A stretch of 63,777 bases of DNA, the filler included, from Choristocarpus tenellus KU-1152 (lineage: Eukaryota > Protista > Phaeophyceae): assembly GCA_964200185.2 (NCBI GenBank). It is 13 parts of 13 records of this genome, joined end to end, with 100 filler letters (N's around TTAATTAATTAA, not from the genome) between each part and the next. Parts side by side here need not be neighbours in the genome. Positions count along the whole stretch, not along the records: positions 24,008 to 29,647 come from CAXNAD020010163.1; positions 29,748 to 34,025 come from CAXNAD020015325.1; positions 34,126 to 37,201 come from CAXNAD020022495.1; positions 37,302 to 43,238 come from CAXNAD020009369.1; 9 more parts are not named here. The stretch is one strand, 5' to 3'. This document shows, piece by piece, positions 25,726-38,134 of this stretch. The translations under genes and the position numbers were made by a program. The notes under the pieces were generated by a model. The model was not told the origin of the DNA. It ran no database searches and saw only the letters and a list, made by a program, of their open reading frames with translations. The stretch's first letter is position 1, and each line of letters begins with the position of its first letter.

Positions 25726-27324
25726 CTAAAGGTCACCATCAAAGTATGAAGGTTCATCCTCAATATCCCATAACTCTCCTTGGAGCTCTGCAGGGGTGGG
25801 TTCAACTAGCACAGCATCAAACATCTCAGGTTGTGGGCGCCCCTCTAAAAGCTCTCCCATCTTGCTCATTCCCCCTGGAACAACTGGCCCGCCACTACTG
25901 TGACTGGCCTTGAAGGCTTGGCTCCTGCTCAGAAAAAAAATAGGATAGGAGGAAGGAGAAGTAGTTGAGGTCAAATGCAACACAGAATCAGATGGATACT
26001 GTCTACAACAGTTCTGAACACCTTCACAAAATCATTTTACAAGTAACACAATAAATGGCAACAAAATTTGTTTTCGGATCCTTAGTTCACCAGTTTCTGT
26101 CATTCATGAAGATGAGTCAACACAAAGCTGTACCTCTCTACCAGGACCATGCGGTTCAACTCTTGGACGGAAGGTACAGCAGAGAAAGCATGGTTTACGA
26201 CACAAAGACAATAGGCGACAAATGAAGTCCTTGCACGCAGCATTTGGCGATGCAATACCTCCGTCGTATGTACCTGTTCTGCAAGCCATGTCTCAGCACA
26301 TGTGCTTGTGCGCAAGTGTTCCATGAGGGGTTAGACAAGTGTCCCTCTTTGGCTTGTGTTGACATGTGTGCCTTCTATACACTTCAATATGTTGAACAGA
26401 GTTCACCGCTCAATGATGTTATAACATTTTGCCTCCCCCCAATTCTCGTTGCAGTACTGCAGTTTTCCCTCGAAATGCAACATTACTTCAAAAAAGAGGA
26501 GGGGGAACGCCATTGGAGCCCTGTAGTAATATAACGAGACCATATAGCCATCAAGTTGGAGTAAAGGTTGAATGACTGCATACTGTCCACAATAGTAGTT
26601 AGAGTAAGGAAGGCAAATACGTTAGGGCTTAGGATTGGCTCTGGAACTTGCAGAAACGAAGAGGTTTGGACTCAACTTCCAAATCTTGCCCATACCTTTT
26701 CCAATCCAAGAAATCAAGTTTGTGCATCCACACACTGAAGGAGATGAAATTTGTGCATCCACCCATTTTCTCTTCTGTCTCTTCGGTTTCTTCAGTTCCT
26801 TTGTCCTCCTTCAGCATCATGAATTGCATAAAGCCAGAATACTCCTGAAGCTTACTTTCACGCTCCCTAAGAGGAATGGAGGTCGGGTTGGTGACAAGCA
26901 TTTCGCTATAGCTCAGCCGCGGATTTGAGCGGCTACGAAAGTGCTTGACAACATCTTTCTATTGGGTCCATCAGCTTCCCCCATCCGGGAGCTGTTAGGG
27001 CCCACAACAATTCCTTTCTTACCTCCAAATCTTCTCGAATTGATCTTCGCAGCCCAACTTGACCTTGAACCTGGTCGATCAAAAACACGTGTACGACGCC
27101 AAATCGAATGAGTACATTGAAGAGCGCGCATTATACTTTATCGAAAGTAAATTTGACGCAGAAAAAATACGAACCAACCTGTTCATTGCCACATAGCGCA
27201 TCTCTAGAGCAGGTGGTGGAGGAGATGATATCCCTGACAATCTGCTACTGGGGAAAATGAACGCCGACACTTGAGCACAGGCGGCGATCAGCAGCAGCAG
27301 AAACAATTTTCTCATTATACCCAT
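25726..27324 (-). CDS. Plastid-targeted ABM/IsdG-family heme-degrading monooxygenase-like protein (~187 aa); exons 27179-27324, 27023-27070, 26696-26866, 25726-25924
   Basis: Four phase-compatible GT-AG exons (564 nt). Signal peptide + VSA|F, then RYVAMNRFKVKLGCEDQFEKIWRERESKLQEYSGFMQFMMLK...FISFSVWMHKLDFLDWKRSQAFKASH, matching the IsdG Asn/Trp/His pattern. Confidence 0.88.
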
Positions 27325-27838
27325 TGTCAAAGTAGATGAGGTTAGAAAACTCACAATTCCACCCTTGTCACCCCACAACAATGAAACTATACACCCTTTA
27401 TCATCACAAGACTTTCATGAATTCATGACCAAGTAATAACGCCTCCAAATCAACAGTTTTCCTTTTTAAAAACATTTATATTATTTGTATAACATTTGGT
27501 TTTTCATCTTCAAAACATATAAAACTGCTTGAAAAGGCAGGGGGTATGTTCCTGATATAGATGCATAGACAGTCACCAGTCGGTCAACCCTCGTGACTGG
27601 GACTTGAGACTCAGTAGTAAAAAGTACGCTTTCTTTCGGTGCTGAATCCTTTTTATGAATTTCGAGGAGTACCTTGCGCCAGGATCGGAAGTGGTGTGCC
27701 TTGGTGAAGGAGGAACCATAGCCGGGAAACTAACGTGGCAGTCAAAGGGTTGTGTGATAGAAGTGGGTTCCAAGTTGGGTACCCTCCAGTCCCATTTCTT
27801 CTGAAAAAAAATCCAAAAAGAGAGGAACAGGGAAGAGG

Positions 27839-29647
27839 ATGAGGCGATCTTCCCAACTTACGACTACGTGGTCTTGCCCAGCGTGTACCTTCTTGAACAC
27901 AGATGACTGCTCCAGATGCAAGATGTGCAACCACCGTGCTTCTCGCCTCCGCAGCAAGGTGGCCAATCGTCTACCCCCGGTTCGAAATACGATTGATGCT
28001 AGAATCTCTTCAGAAGTTAGATTCCCGGAAGTTAGATCCTCTGTCAACACAGAGATTTGTACGGTGGAGGACGCTGGGGTGGGCGGGAGTATCCTCACAG
28101 AAATTCGAACACTATCAACGGGACCTGATGTGATCAAATCTAGAAAGACCAAGCAATGTGTGGTTGCGCCGGGTGCGCGTTCAGAACCTCGTACGGCCTC
28201 TGAGACGAAGAAAGCTCTTCCGAGTAACCGTCGCAGACCCATGGGATCAATTTCGCGGGGAGAGAGTTCAATGGACCAACCGAACACTCAAGCGAATAAG
28301 CAGTCAGACGGACCCAAACACCCTACAGGCAAGCATACCCATATGATTCTCGACGGTGGGCACCCCACCTCGCCCTCACCCACTGAAGAGATTGACGTGG
28401 GATTAGAATATACTCCCACAGAGGGGCTCAACTTGGCACAGGGCAACGCAAGTCGCAATCTGCCGATCACGTCGCAACTCGCACCTGCCACAGTCACGAA
28501 TACAGCTGACGAGGAGTCTGTGATAGTAGAAGACGGTGATCTCAACCAGAGAGTTAAGCAAATGCGAGCGAATCTTGTACTATCGGTTATCCATGGTTGC
28601 CGCAGGCAGAGCTGGGTGGATGTTGCCGTCGATTGGAGTGTTGAAGACTGGCTAGATCAGGAGGAAATGGCAATAGGCAGTCGACTTTCAAGCGGGCGCA
28701 CAAGGGATTCGGTGAAGGCAGGTGATTTAGGAGGCTTTAGCGTGGTAGATAAGTCTGGTTTGGCGACCATCGAAATTGGGCAAGGGACAGGTGGGCAAAT
28801 CGGGGACCGTTTCCCACTGCCCAACCCCCCAAAACCACGATATGTCAAGACCGGTGTATACTGGCGAAAGGGACAGATGGATCCCTTTGCAATCTCCCAA
28901 GTTGGAGCTCTGCACCCAGATGCAAGAGACCAAAAGAGACCAGTGGTGACGATGGCAGCGTTGACTCCAGGAGCTGAGTCATTGGTACTCCCTCAAGTGA
29001 ACCCCCCAAACCTTTCCAGTGAAGGAGAGGAGAGTGACCTCACCCCTGTGGACAGCTCTGAGGGAGGAGTTGATAGTGGTGGTGAGGCTACTGCTGTGAA
29101 GGAAGAAGCAGGTGCCATTGTGGATGCTGGGACTATCACCGTCAACAACACAGATGTAAGTGAGGCAGGAGAAGGGGACAACAAGGGCGGCACAGGGGCC
29201 ACTGAGTCTGACCCAGTGGCAAACTCACAGTCTCGCAGTGAGTGCAGCCTGATGGACGCCACCCAAGACATTGACTCTGCAGAGATGCGCCGAAGATATA
29301 AGGCCATGTGGAAGGAGTCAAAAAAGAAGCGGTCCAGGAAGGTAGACGGACCAGGTGCTTTACCCAAGGCACCACTGCGCCTGCATTTTCCTATTGTCTC
29401 TTCCCTGTGCGAACCAACAGAGATGGACACAGACGAAGTGTTGGAGGAGATGGGACAACATATAGAGGCCAAGACAGGGTTTGAGGCGAGCACCAGTTCT
29501 GGAGGTCCAGGTGATGATGCTGGCCCGGTTCTTATCGGCCACTCCTGCCGGAAAAGTCTGTCAACACTGCAGAGACCGCCATGTGGGGAGGGTCAGTCTG
29601 AGGCTGGGTCCAGTTGGGGGTGGGGTTTGCTGACTGATGAAGGGGAT
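27839..29647 (+). CDS. Long ORF (>600 aa, 3' end missing) with N-terminal RanBP2-type zinc finger and low-complexity acidic body
   Basis: WSCPACTFLNTDDCSRCKMC fits W-x-C-x2-C-x3-N-x6-C-x2-C; the frame is open for 1.8 kb up to the spacer. Confidence 0.8.
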
Positions 29648-30192
29648 NNNNNNNNNNNNNNNNNNNNNNNNNNNNNNNNNNNNNNNNNNNNTTAATTAAT
29701 TAANNNNNNNNNNNNNNNNNNNNNNNNNNNNNNNNNNNNNNNNNNNNACTTAATGTTTTGAAACGGTTTTAGCTGGTTTTGATTAGTCTCCCCTCCCCCC
29801 CCCCCCTTCTGTACGTTCTTGAACTTCTCTTACCTTGGAAGGTTGTTGGAGATTACCTCCATCCAATGTCTCTGCCGTACCTATATTCTCAAGTCCATCT
29901 TCCCACCCCTAGTCAGGGATCAACCCATTGCTCAAATATTGGTCATGCACCCTCCTCAACACCGCCTCTTCGCGTAACCTGGCAGAGACTAATCTGGATG
30001 GGTTCCGTAAGGACTCGAACGTGTGTTGTGCATGTTAGCTTAGAACAGTCGTAGGTGCCGATGAGTTGTCTAGGACGTGAGACATTCATCGTTACGTTAT
30101 GTACTTAGGATCAGCAAAGTGCCCATTTTTCTGATATGGTTCAGGGCTCAACTAAACCATCCACATCTCCCTAGACAATTATATGTCAATAA

Positions 30193-30198
<6 letters not shown>

Positions 30199-30230
<32 letters not shown>
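30199..30230. repeat. (TA)n microsatellite
   Basis: Direct TA run. Confidence 0.92.
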
Positions 30231-30232
<2 letters not shown>

Positions 30233-30532
30233 TTTAAAATTAACAATGAGGGAACTGCCACCTATTATTCATATATCTTCCTTTCAATAGAACACATCCG
30301 TTTCCACTCCTTGTGCAACTTGAACTGTTGGAGACGTTCATGCCCTATCATCGTATCTGAAATTTTCAACCTATTGTGACCTGAATCTCTCCCCCCCCCC
30401 CCACACCTTTTATTGACTTGAACTGATTATCCCACTATTGGGCGTTATACCTATCACCTTCCTTCCCTGTGATGATTTGTTAATGATTGTAGAAAGGATG
30501 GAGGCGAGATCTAGGTAAACGCAACTGGGATA

Positions 30533-32400
30533 TTGCTCATCTCCGCTTTGATGGACGAGGAGGATGAGGAGGAAGAACGTCTATTATTTCGCAGGTTTCG
30601 CATCCCCCAAGATTGGGCCGTTTTACATGGTGAGCTCGTGGGGGGTTACGTTGGGGAGAGAGGTATCTCTGAGAGACGTCACTTCGCGGGAGGCGCTGAA
30701 GTTCAGGAGGCGGTTCCGAGTCCCATTTGTTTTCTTTGAAGATTTAGTGAAGGAGGTAGAAAGGCAGGGGTTCGCTTGGTTGTTGAACCGCAGACGCCAC
30801 CGGATGCCCTGGCATACCCGTGAAGCTGAAGGTGAGCATACCCGCCAGTAGAAGTTTGTGTGTGAAAGGGCTACCTCGATAGGGCTCGTAGATTCAACCG
30901 TCCTTTGGTCTGACAGTACTGGATGTGACTTGCCGCCTGCAGGTTTTATGCCGCCCGCAGGTGTTATCGATCCTTCAAATCCTCACCAGGGGAAACTGCT
31001 TTAATGATATCGAGCAACTTTCCAGTATATCTGAGAGCGCAGGACAAACCACGTTTCACCGCTTCTGTGAGTGTTTTGCGCGTGATACATACTCGAGTTG
31101 GATTTATCTACCAGAGGGCGAGGATTTTGGGGGAGGTCATACGCACGTATGGAGCTGTGGGGTTTCCTGGTGCTGTGGGTCCCACTGATGTGACACATGT
31201 GCGGTGGGAGAGGGCGCCCATATTAGTGAAGCCCCCCGCATTACATCGGTAAGGAGGGTTATACGATGGTTGTTCGTAGATAGTGCTGCTGATACACTAT
31301 AAACACCACCAGTGGAGTAATGGAGTAATGGAGGAAAAGTAGACAGATATATGTTTCGGTATATCTTAGTTTAAGTCTGCACAACGTATGTATGATACAG
31401 TGATAGTATTCTTTTCTGATTATAATATTATTTCCTGATTATCCATGTGGGCGTTGCAAACCCCTCATGGCAGTCTACACCTGGCTCACCCCAGAAGTCA
31501 TTCAGCGGAATCGAGACCGCACAAGCCCCCTGTAATATTAACTTTGCATATCTACATCAAACTATTCATTGTCTTTCATTAAAGCACGAAAGCCGCGGGT
31601 CCAGAGTGGAATATTTCAACAACGGTCGCCTATAAAGTGACCGTTGACCATGGTGGATTTGCACGGGTAGTGACTGCTGGGTTTCCTGGAGCCAAAAACG
31701 ATAAGACAATCATTCGATATGATGGTGCTATCCAGAAATTTAGGAATGACCCCATATACAGACAGCTGGAGTACAACGTCAAGGACTCCGTCGGGATCTG
31801 TTACACCGAGAAAGGGGTATGTGCCCTTGTCGATGGGGCTACCACAAGGTGACACAGGGAAAATGTAACTGTACGGCCATGCCTATGTTTGGGTTAGCTC
31901 CTGTGAAAATGAGTGCTTGTCAAACTAGCAAGTCAACATTCCTTTAGTCAACTCGATCTTTGCATTTATTTGCAGTGGAACTGCCCAATATGCCCCCTAA
32001 GGGCATCTGTCACGCAGGCACAGGCAACGTGGAGAGAATGAGTGGAGAGTGTAAGCAAGGATGTCAAGTGTTTTTTTGGCAGAGTCAAGGGCCACTTCAG
32101 AATCCTCAAGCTGCCACTACTGTATCCGCACGGGAAGAAGATGGATAACATATTCTTCACTTGGTACATATTGCAAAATATGCTTCATTAATATATATTG
32201 TGGCCTTGGAGAGTTGGAGGACAACACTGATTAGACAGGGGATACTGGTTTGCATTATGCCTTCTACAGTGACCCTTATACTGATATCACACGGATGGGC
32301 ATGCCAAGGGACCAGGGGGGAGGGGGGTCTGAAGAGTATGTGGAGAAGGAGATTGGATTCGATGAGCTTAGGAATAGGCTCATAGTACACTACATGCTAA
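30533..32400 (+). pseudogene. Intron-containing PIF/Harbinger (PHIS)-type DDE transposase, inactivated
   Basis: KFRRRFRVPFVFFEDLV; LQILTRGNCFNDI; GFPGAVGPTDVTHVRW; GKEG; GFPGAKNDKTI; LVDG-GYHK; WRE*VESVSKDVKCFFGRVKGHFRILK. Has frameshifts, a stop, and K where the last catalytic E is expected. Confidence 0.88.
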
Positions 32401-33956
32401 AACATAGGCTACTCATCTGTTTGTTCCTCGATGATAGGATACAGTCCCACCAGTCAACACTGACCGTTGATTGGTCTGTTACGTTCTGGATGTTACTTTC
32501 ACTAGTTCGTCATCACCACATCAACTACAATCAGAACACCTTAGTACAGAACAACAGTCGCTCTGCGTTCCACACGAATAGTATAGTATAGTATGCGTCA
32601 CTTGAGTTGCATCACATATTGGCTCAATTTTGTTCTCTTGTTCTCTTGTTTGTTTTTCTTTCACTCTTTCTTATCAGCAGAAGATGACAGTTGTATGTTG
32701 GTGATTGATTATTATTCTTTCGTGACTGCCATTGATCCCTCAAATTGCACCAAAAAAGTAACTCGCAAATTGTCTACCAAAAACGCACACATACATGGAC
32801 GGAATATAATCAGAGTTAAAGACATCCGCGGAAACCTTTGCAAGCCAAGGTATCAAGCCTCTCCACAGAGCATGGACTTCTTTCGTTGAGTATCTCATGA
32901 AAGAACACTGAATACACATCACATCATTCTGGATTGAGCAACCAAGAATACTGAACTCACATCGCATCATTCTTGACTGAAAGATCAATGACCTCAGTTA
33001 CAACAGAATAAATATATCGGTGCTTTGCAGCACAATCACACCTATCCATAACATAGATGACGCATATCACTCATCGGTGATTTGCAATACTATGAGCAAT
33101 ACAATACAATACCACTATGCTTTGCATTTTGCGCTATTGACACTTCATGTGGTAGTGAACGTTAAAATGATATTTAATTTTGTAAAAGAAGAGGTAGGGA
33201 GACGTACTACAGGACAAAGAGTCGTTTGTCAGTACAACGTAGAGAGTGATTGAGACTCAACAGTCAAAAGGAAGAATTAACTGCCACTGGTTGTTGATAA
33301 CGTGTATTTAGGTAAAGATTGTCCTCATGGACAAGAGCAGCTCACTTCGTTCTGAGTAGTGGATAATATTATACCCTAACCAACCTTCTGAAGAGTGCTG
33401 GGATCACCATCGTTACTTTAACATTGCTCGAGGTCATGATACAAGGTCAGGGTTGACAGCCTTGTTTGGTTATGCACCAGAAGCTCAAGATAAGAAGACT
33501 TCACACAAAAAAATTCAATAAAATATCAAATTACCTCAAATTCTAACCAAGATTTGCCAACGCCGTCCAGTGTGATGATGGTACACCTACATGCATGGCA
33601 CCGCTGTAAAAGACTACTGAGCACTACACTGACAGCTGTGTTGTCACAACTGATTCCCCAAGTCTATCTCCTCACTACTGGTGGTGCTTGTCCCCAAAGC
33701 CCGCAAGTCAACCCCCCCTTCGCCATTATCTGGCTCCAAATCCCCTGTGACCCCTTTGCCACTGTCCCACCACTTCCCAACATCATCCCAGCATCACCGA
33801 TATTCTCGTCCAGTCTCACTGCCACCAGTTGCTGATACCGTTTCCTACAGAACTCTGCCTGAACAGCATCACCACTCTTATCAAAAGTCCTCCAAGCTTG
33901 CTTAGCAGTCTTGAGCATTCCGTCAAATTTGTGCCTATCTTCCCTAGCAGTAGCCT

Positions 33957-34025
33957 TGGTCAAAGTATCTTGGGGGGGGGTGTCGGCGTCCGTTTTTCAC
34001 CCTTTTTTCGATTTTCACTTTTTTG
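33957..34025 (+). mobile_element. Family C left end, cut by contig end
   Basis: TGGTCAAAGTATCTTGGGGGGG..GGCGTCCGTTTT. Confidence 0.75.
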
Positions 34026-34125
34026 NNNNNNNNNNNNNNNNNNNNNNNNNNNNNNNNNNNNNNNNNNNNTTAATTAATTAANNNNNNNNNNNNNNNNNNN
34101 NNNNNNNNNNNNNNNNNNNNNNNNN

Positions 34126-34191
34126 AAAATCACAACATTGTATTTTGATCCCCAAATGGACGCGGCTCTACCCTCTAAGATACTTTGGCTC
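34126..34191 (+). mobile_element. Family B right end at contig start
   Basis: CCCAAATGGACGCGG..TACCCTCTAAGATACTTTGGCTC. Confidence 0.88.
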
Positions 34192-34444
34192 TCTATATGA
34201 GAACTAAGTCTCGGCCAGAGGGTTTATCACATGGGTTGTTTCCAGACAAGAACAGAGGTTGCAAAAGTAATGTTACGTTTAATTCTGAACGGAATTGTAC
34301 ATTTTAGGAATCACTAGAAATTGGGGATGATAGTGACTCCAACAACAGGATAAATTTGCTCGTGAATGTCCTGGTTTAGGTATGATGGGAGAAATCGCTT
34401 GGTTTTGGACTGTGGTTGTTGCATACTTACCTTGGTGAAGTACT

Positions 34445-34707
34445 GGCTCAAAGTATCTGGGGGGGGTGGCAGCTGTCCGTTTGGGGTGAATTTTTCATGT
34501 CGTGATTTTTGGGTGATTTGTTTCCATACGTCGGATGGATAATGTAAATGCCCTTTTCCTGATTTTGGTCCAAATTGACACCCTGGTGTAGATCCCGCCG
34601 CCCGCCGGATCATTTGAGGCTCTTGATAGGAAAAAAAAACAAAAACAAATCAGAAAAAGNNNNNNNNNNCTGGTGTAGATCCCCCCCCCCCCCAGATACT
34701 TTGAGTC
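34445..34707 (-). mobile_element. MITE family A with an assembly-duplicated end across a 10-N gap
   Basis: ACT-GGCTCAAAGTATCTGGG...; CTGGTGTAGATCCC..GAT..TTTGAG..TCTTGAT appears both before (degraded) and after (clean) the gap at 34660-34669. Confidence 0.85.
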
Positions 34708-37700
34708 TCTTGATTGGTAGAAAGAACCACTATCGTTCTGAATGGTGTTGAAGCGGATTTTGAAGTTGTGATCTGAGGCCCAGCTCACCTTTATTAAGTA
34801 GGATTTGTTAAAAAAAGATCTGTAATGCTGAAAAAAATACCTACTTTTTACCGAGCATGGTTCTCATATTTGGTTGGCATTGACTACTCATCCACTATCT
34901 TACAACCTTGCCATAAGAAGTAGGTGCAATTAGCTGCAGAGAGCGCAGGTCACACAATAATAAGATGCACACTGTGTAGTAACAATAATCAATTAGGTAC
35001 AGAAGAACTGTGTAACCTCTAAGAAACTCCATTTTTGGCTTAACCCGTCTGCAACAATGTCAAGGTCATGTCCTACATATACTCTGACTCTCTTCAACCC
35101 AAATCTCTAAGTCAAGAGAGCATGGTGCCACTTCAACAGAGGTGGAGGACGACCTGCCCGTCCACCCTCCCCATCAACTGGTATGCCTGTATCGTCCTGA
35201 CCCTTCCCCCCCCCCTCTATCAGCATTACTTGTTGCAATGCTGGCAACAGAAACTCCATCCTCCACTAGCTCCTCCCCAACATCTCAACTACGACCTTTT
35301 GTTCTCCCTCTTCTGAGAATCACTATCCACTTCCTTCCCGGATCTTGCTGATACAGTTAGATGTGGGGGGCTCACCAGCCTTCACGTCAAAACTACCAAT
35401 GACTGCCTCCCACAAATCAATACCTCAGTGACCTGCTTCCCACTCTCCTGTCCTTTGTTGGACACCAGCACTCAGATTCTCAAGCAGCAGTTCTGGAAGT
35501 TGTAGAACATTTATGCCCAGTGAAACGTGATGGTTCCAGTGTGAAAGCAGGAGCGAGATAGCAGTCTTCCACCGTACATGACATGTCCAAAGTGCGTGGA
35601 TTGGCACACAGGGTCTTGCACACCACACTTAGCCTCTCTGCAATATACAAACCTTGGAAGTATGCTACTAGCAGCTGTACAAGCGATAACCAGGATCATT
35701 CAATCAATGCATCCTGTTTTGTGACACTAGAGCAACTGAACGAGGAGGGCTGTCCTAGACAGTACATAAGCGGGCCACATCATTTGGTGACTAAGAAGAG
35801 CACACTGCTTGTCAATGATCATGTCAACACGGTTTCCTTCCTCGCTACATCAACTACTTCATAATAGCAGTACAATCAAAACGTGCATAGCAGTAGAAGC
35901 GAGAAACTGAGCAATACTGTGAGAGCAAACAAAACATCGAAATCAGTAAGAGAACATGCGCCACAACTGATCATATATATTATATAATGCATTGAAACGC
36001 ATGCTCACCAACGATATACAGACCTCGCTACAACAAGAAAAAACATCCTTACTGTGGCACCTAAGGAACTGACTTAACACCACAAAGTAAACTCAATTCC
36101 CCTCCTATCTACTGTGTCCTCTAGACCAGACAGCCATTACCAATGGAAGGCAAACGGCAAACTAGTTACAACACGCAATGCTCAATTTTCAAAGAGCATC
36201 GAACTTGAGGGGACAATCGAGGCCTTAGTTTCACCCTCCTCTCGCCATTGACCTCACCATAGCTAGAAAGTAGTTAGACTATACATATGTGCGCTAAAAG
36301 ATCGATTCTGGTGATACACAACGGAAAACTCGTCATAATTCCGACACAGACCACTACAGCAAGGGAGGGATGTCTTACTGTAGGGACGTACTCCCCCCTT
36401 CCCCCCGCCTTCGTCGACGCATTTCTTGTCTCAACCTGCTTAAAAAACAAAGCCTCGATGCTAAATACTACTGAAATGATGAACAGTTACAGAAGCGAAC
36501 ATCAAAGGAGAGAGTACTAAAAAAAAAAAAACTGAATCAAAGCAACGCAACGGATAGAAAAGTTGGGAAAAGGTTAGCTCGCAGCAACAATAACCTATCA
36601 ATAGCCACTTCTCCATTATCAGCTGCGACACACTGTACCAATGCTTCCACCAAGAACAATCAAATAATCGTCATGAAAACGTATTGAGGGGGTAGGAGGT
36701 GCAGTGCACGAAGCAACAGCCGCACAACAGAAGCCTCTTCTAATCTGCCACTCAGCCAAGAGCATGCATCGGCCTTTCACCAATCCCTACCCCTAACCAT
36801 ACCACTGTATTACCCACTAAAAATATTTCCCTCATTCATTGCACCACATTTCATCCATCAGACCCCCTCTCCCTTTGTGTCATATAAACTCTTGTGTTCC
36901 CTATAGATTGATAGACTCATTTCGCCCCTGCAGTGATCCTTTTGTCTGTCTCCAAGTTGGTAAGGTAACCCTGGTTGGGCGACACCTTCACCTTCTTCTC
37001 TCGGTGCACTATGGGCGGACATTCCTTGTAACCCTGAGGATTCCTGTTCTGCCACCTCCATGTGTCCTCACACATTTCCTGACAAAGGAAAAGGAGTAGA
37101 AATCGTAGTAGTATTAGGAGGCATTCGAATCAGGGGGAACAGAACAGAACGGGGGGGGGGGGGGGGGGGGGGGGGGGAGCAGAGGAAGAGGGGTACGAGC
37201 TNNNNNNNNNNNNNNNNNNNNNNNNNNNNNNNNNNNNNNNNNNNNTTAATTAATTAANNNNNNNNNNNNNNNNNNNNNNNNNNNNNNNNNNNNNNNNNNN
37301 NCCCCCCCCAGATACTTTGACCCAGACACAACATGGACAGACAAATAATGAAGAGGAGCCAGCACAGTATAGCAGAGAATTCATCCTACTGAAGACCGAA
37401 GAACCGTAGACCCCAGGAGCTTAAATTGAGTAGAAAAGCGTTAGCCCTGCACATACCCTAAACCGGCAGTAAACATAAAATCCTACGACGCAAGAGCTCA
37501 ACTGTGCAAGTTAAGAGAAGGGATAAGAGGGAGGAGAACCTGGTCACCGGGTCGTAGATCTTCTTTCTTCACAATGAAACCAGTCTTCGAAGACTCCAAC
37601 GTTTCCTCGTCGGTTTCTATTGGAGATGATCTGATGTTCGATGCATTGCCATCATCTTCCTGCTCTTTATGAGCGAACACCAGGGGGATTGCCTCCCCGT

Positions 37701-38134
37701 ATGCTACATGGGTGTTCAAGGGTTCCGGCGAATATTCATCCTCAGAGTTCCCCTCATCCATCCGAAGGACAGAATGCTGTTGGGGATGATACTGAACTGG
37801 TTAGAAGACAAGTTATCCCCATTTTGGGACCCACAAGAGTGTGAGGGTTACAACAAAGGATATGTACGTAATTCCCTTCTTAGAGCACACATTTACTGAC
37901 CTCAATGGGAAATTGTTCATGATACGTGGGGGTCATATATGGTTTTTGAAAGGGTCGCAAGTCACGACCGCAGAATCTCCTCCCTCTACACCAACTTGAT
38001 CTTTATCAACTGATTGAATCACCCTTCCCCTAAATTTGAACATGTAATCCCTCCCTACCATATACAACGATTCTTTACCACAAAATGTATCTTGTTCAAC
38101 TACCTTCCTTCCCTCTAAGTACCAGTGTCTCATC

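Noticed and set aside
34584-34707. Tandem duplication of a MITE end
   Set aside because: The first copy looks like a low-quality read of the second across a 10-N scaffold gap.
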